Positions 61,159 through 64,000 of a stretch of DNA of 64,000 nucleotides are shown here, in pieces. The number at the start of each line of letters is the position of its first letter. Position 1 is the first letter of the stretch. The notes beneath the pieces are model-generated. The model made no database searches, was not told the origin of the DNA, and was given only the letters and a program-made list of their open reading frames with translations. This DNA is from Octopus sinensis (taxonomy: Eukaryota), in the NCBI RefSeq assembly GCF_006345805.1, contig NC_042998.1, positions 18,600,001 through 18,664,000 of the forward strand. Direction: 5' to 3'. The position numbers were made by a program, and so were the translations under genes.

Positions 61159-61552
61159 TTCTTTTATTTCTTTACTTGTTTCAATCATTCGACATGCTGG
61201 AGCACCATCTCGAGGGGATTTAGTGAATGAAATCGACACCGGGGCTAGTACTTAGTCTATCGGTCTCTTTTGCCGAACCGCTATTACAGGGACATAAACA
61301 CACTCACACCGGTTGTCAAGCGCTGATAGTGGTGGGGAGACAAACACAGACACAAAGGCACACATATAGCTATATACATACATATATATATATATATACA
61401 CAACGGGCTTCTTTCAGTTTCCGTCAACAAAATCCATTCACATGGGTCTGGTCGGCCCGAGGCTATAAAAGAAGGCACTTGTTAAAAGTGCCACGCAGTG
61501 GGACTGAACCCGAAGCCATGTGGCTCAGAAGCAAGCTTCTTACCACAGAGCC
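61159..61552 (-). mobile_element. Microsatellite-containing SINE, diverged full length
   Basis: CATGCTGGAGCACC...CTATCGGTCTCTTTTGCCGAACCGC...GTGCCACGCAGTGGGACTGAACCCG. Confidence 0.85.
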
Positions 61553-62271
61553 ATATATAAAGATAAGATGGGAACGTCGATTAAGAGCCGAGGGAAGTAC
61601 TTCACGTGTGTATTTTGCAGAATAAAGGCAAGCAGCGTAGCGTCTCCCGTATGAGATGGGATAATCTCAGACTTCAATGGAGTCTGATATTATCCCAGCA
61701 ATTACGAAAGCAAGAACTCCCTCTTGAGAATATGAAATAAATGAATCGACGGTCTTACTGAGAAAAATAGTAAAGCAGAAGAGTGATAGTGCGTAAGTAT
61801 ACCAGCATCATTAAGTACTTCTGTGTTTGTGTGTGAAGAGAGACTATGTGTATACAAATTTTACTTTTAATTTGTATGTATGTGTGTGTTTGTGCGTGTA
61901 TGTATGCCATGCTAATTAAAAATGAAAGGATATCAAGCAAAGAGAAGTGAGAGGGAGAGCGAGGTGGGGAACCTATGCAATGATACGAAAGAATGTACAA
62001 AGAGAACCAGAATGGATAACTAAAGAAATTAAGAGTGAATGGCAGCATAACAAGAATGTTTAGTTAGCGTGCAATATGCTCCAGCTTGGACCTTTCCATA
62101 ATTATTTTTTGTGTATCCCTCAGGCAATATACAATGAAATAGATGGAAGACACGGATGTGTATGATCTTGCTTTTAAGGTAGACAGTGTAATTGAATGAA
62201 TAGGTTGCTGTTATTTCTAGTAGGTCAGTCATTGAGCAGGTAGGGTTATAGTGATATTATTGTTACTGCCG

Positions 62272-62345
62272 CTACTACTACTACCTCTACTACTACTACT
62301 ACTACCTCTACTAAAACTACTACTACTACTACTACTACTACTACT
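62272..62345. repeat. (CTA)n trinucleotide repeat, followed by a purine-rich low-complexity tract to ~62600
   Basis: Seen directly. Confidence 0.9.
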
Positions 62346-62913
62346 GTGGTGGTAGTGGTGGTATCAGAAGCAGCGTATGGAGGAGGAAGAGGAGGAGAAG
62401 GAGGAGGGAAAGTGAGAAGAGTAGTTGAGGGAGGAGGAATGGAGGTAGAGAAGGGGAGTGGTCACAGTAGCAGAAGTGTGATAGACTGTACTTGCTTTGG
62501 TGTTGGTGCCGGTTGTGGTTGTACAGTAGTATTATTGGTCATATAGTGATCATTGAAGTGAAACCAAGTGTGACAGTAGTTGCCGTGTAGTAATGGGGTT
62601 TGTGGTACTTGCAGTGAATAGATAGATAGATTTATTTAGCCACTCAGACTTAACATAGAGGGGACAAAACAATGTAGAAATTTTCTTTCCCAAAATCGAT
62701 CAAAAGGGTTTTACGGGGTGAGGATTAATACACAAATAGATAACAAGTTGAGGTTTTTTTTAATGATTTGTATTCCCAAAAGGGGAAAAAGATATAACAT
62801 TGATTCGAGTTATCCGTGGAAAGAAAAACCTACGAAAAATAACCGCGGTAACCTCGGCAAAGGGAAAATCTATGAGAGCAAAGTGCCCACTCTCTCTCTC
62901 TTTGTTTGTTTTT

Positions 62914-62950
<37 letters not shown>

Positions 62951-62951
62951 C

Positions 62952-62990
<39 letters not shown>

Positions 62991-64000
62991 ATAGTTTTGG
63001 CAGTTGGAAAGGTGTTGTTGGTGGTGGTGGTCGTGTTTGTGGTCGTAAGTATTTTCTGATCGCATTGGGGTCTGGTGTTAGATATTTATCCCTGAGTTAA
63101 AATGCATATCTACCGTGACCATAACATCTTAATTATAAGTATAGCGGATCGAGAAAATCTAGTGGTAAATGTTTATTTTGACTGTCGCATTCCAGGCCTG
63201 ATCAGTTGGTCTTTTATTCTCTATATGAAAATACGTCAATATTATATTATCGAACGTGCCCTATTTACTGACAGCATAGTACAATTGACTGTTCAATCTA
63301 GTTGTTAGAAACAGCACGTGTAGGAAGTCCCGATGACAAACTGTTATAATAGTTGCAACTATTGTTCGAAATCGTAGTATTGATATCTGTCAGAATACTC
63401 ATAGCGAAGCCATCGTTTTTTTTCTTATTTATTATTATTCCTCTACCCACGTGATCGATAAATAAATTACCGATCAAGTACAGGGTTGATTGTATCCCCA
63501 AGCTGTCACAACTGCTGCCCTTAACCTAAAATAGAAAAAATATTGATAATTGCTTTTTTAGTCTCAATTCAGCCTCGGTCAAGTAGAACTAGCACCAACA
63601 GCCTTCTAGCCATAAAAATTGTGTCTTATTTATTTATAATATCAGCCCGTTTTAAAGAGAGGTCGGATGTTGTGAGAAGGATTTCAGTGCTCTTTCTAGA
63701 AAATTTCAGCTATCACCCTGAATAAGACTCCTTCATTTACATTGTGGATAATAGTAGTAGTCGGAAGTTATTAAGAGATAGTCATGGTGGTGGTGGTGGC
63801 CGCCGTGGTGTTTGTTATGTTAAACTTCGAGCATTGAAGTGTCATACGAAAAGCTGAATGTGTCGGGAATTTATCGCCAGCAAGTTGCATATATTACTAA
63901 TACCACAGAGTGAAAAATCAATATTTCGATCAATAAAATCAATAGGAAAACTTAATGGAGCTTAGTTTATGCATGCATATATATATATATATATATATAC

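Overview
AT-rich, microsatellite-saturated animal genomic DNA. The repeat content looks like an octopus (coleoid cephalopod) intron or intergenic region; that assignment is my recognition of the repeat families and is not proven here. I cannot support any intact host protein-coding gene, tRNA gene or rRNA gene, and most long ORFs in the track are translations of (TA)n/(CA)n/(GATA)n/(GTA)n tracts. Supported content: (1) a near full-length decayed Tc1/mariner element at 247-1460 with TIRs, TA TSD and a DD36E-type D-to-E spacing; (2) about 35 copies or fragments of several tRNA-derived SINE families, many with 11-23 bp TSDs; (3) three copies of a ~390 bp non-autonomous Helitron-like element; (4) a 430 bp MITE with 8 bp TSD and an internal (CCCTAA)5 tract; (5) decayed RTE-type RT and L1/Tx1-type endonuclease fragments; (6) a set of short (TA)n-anchored segments resembling Penelope-like element ends. 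The best candidate for an unusual system is the last group: three segments carry minimal hammerhead-ribozyme-like motifs, and two form long fold-back palindromes (184 bp and 113 bp arms) with the same (TA)n-x-y-turn-y'-(TA)n architecture. Also notable are SINE multimers with an identical junction at five loci, head/tail swapping between SINEs, and a (TATC)n-terminated element whose 3' end matches one SINE tail. Most of these are probably new details of known retroelement biology rather than a wholly new system.
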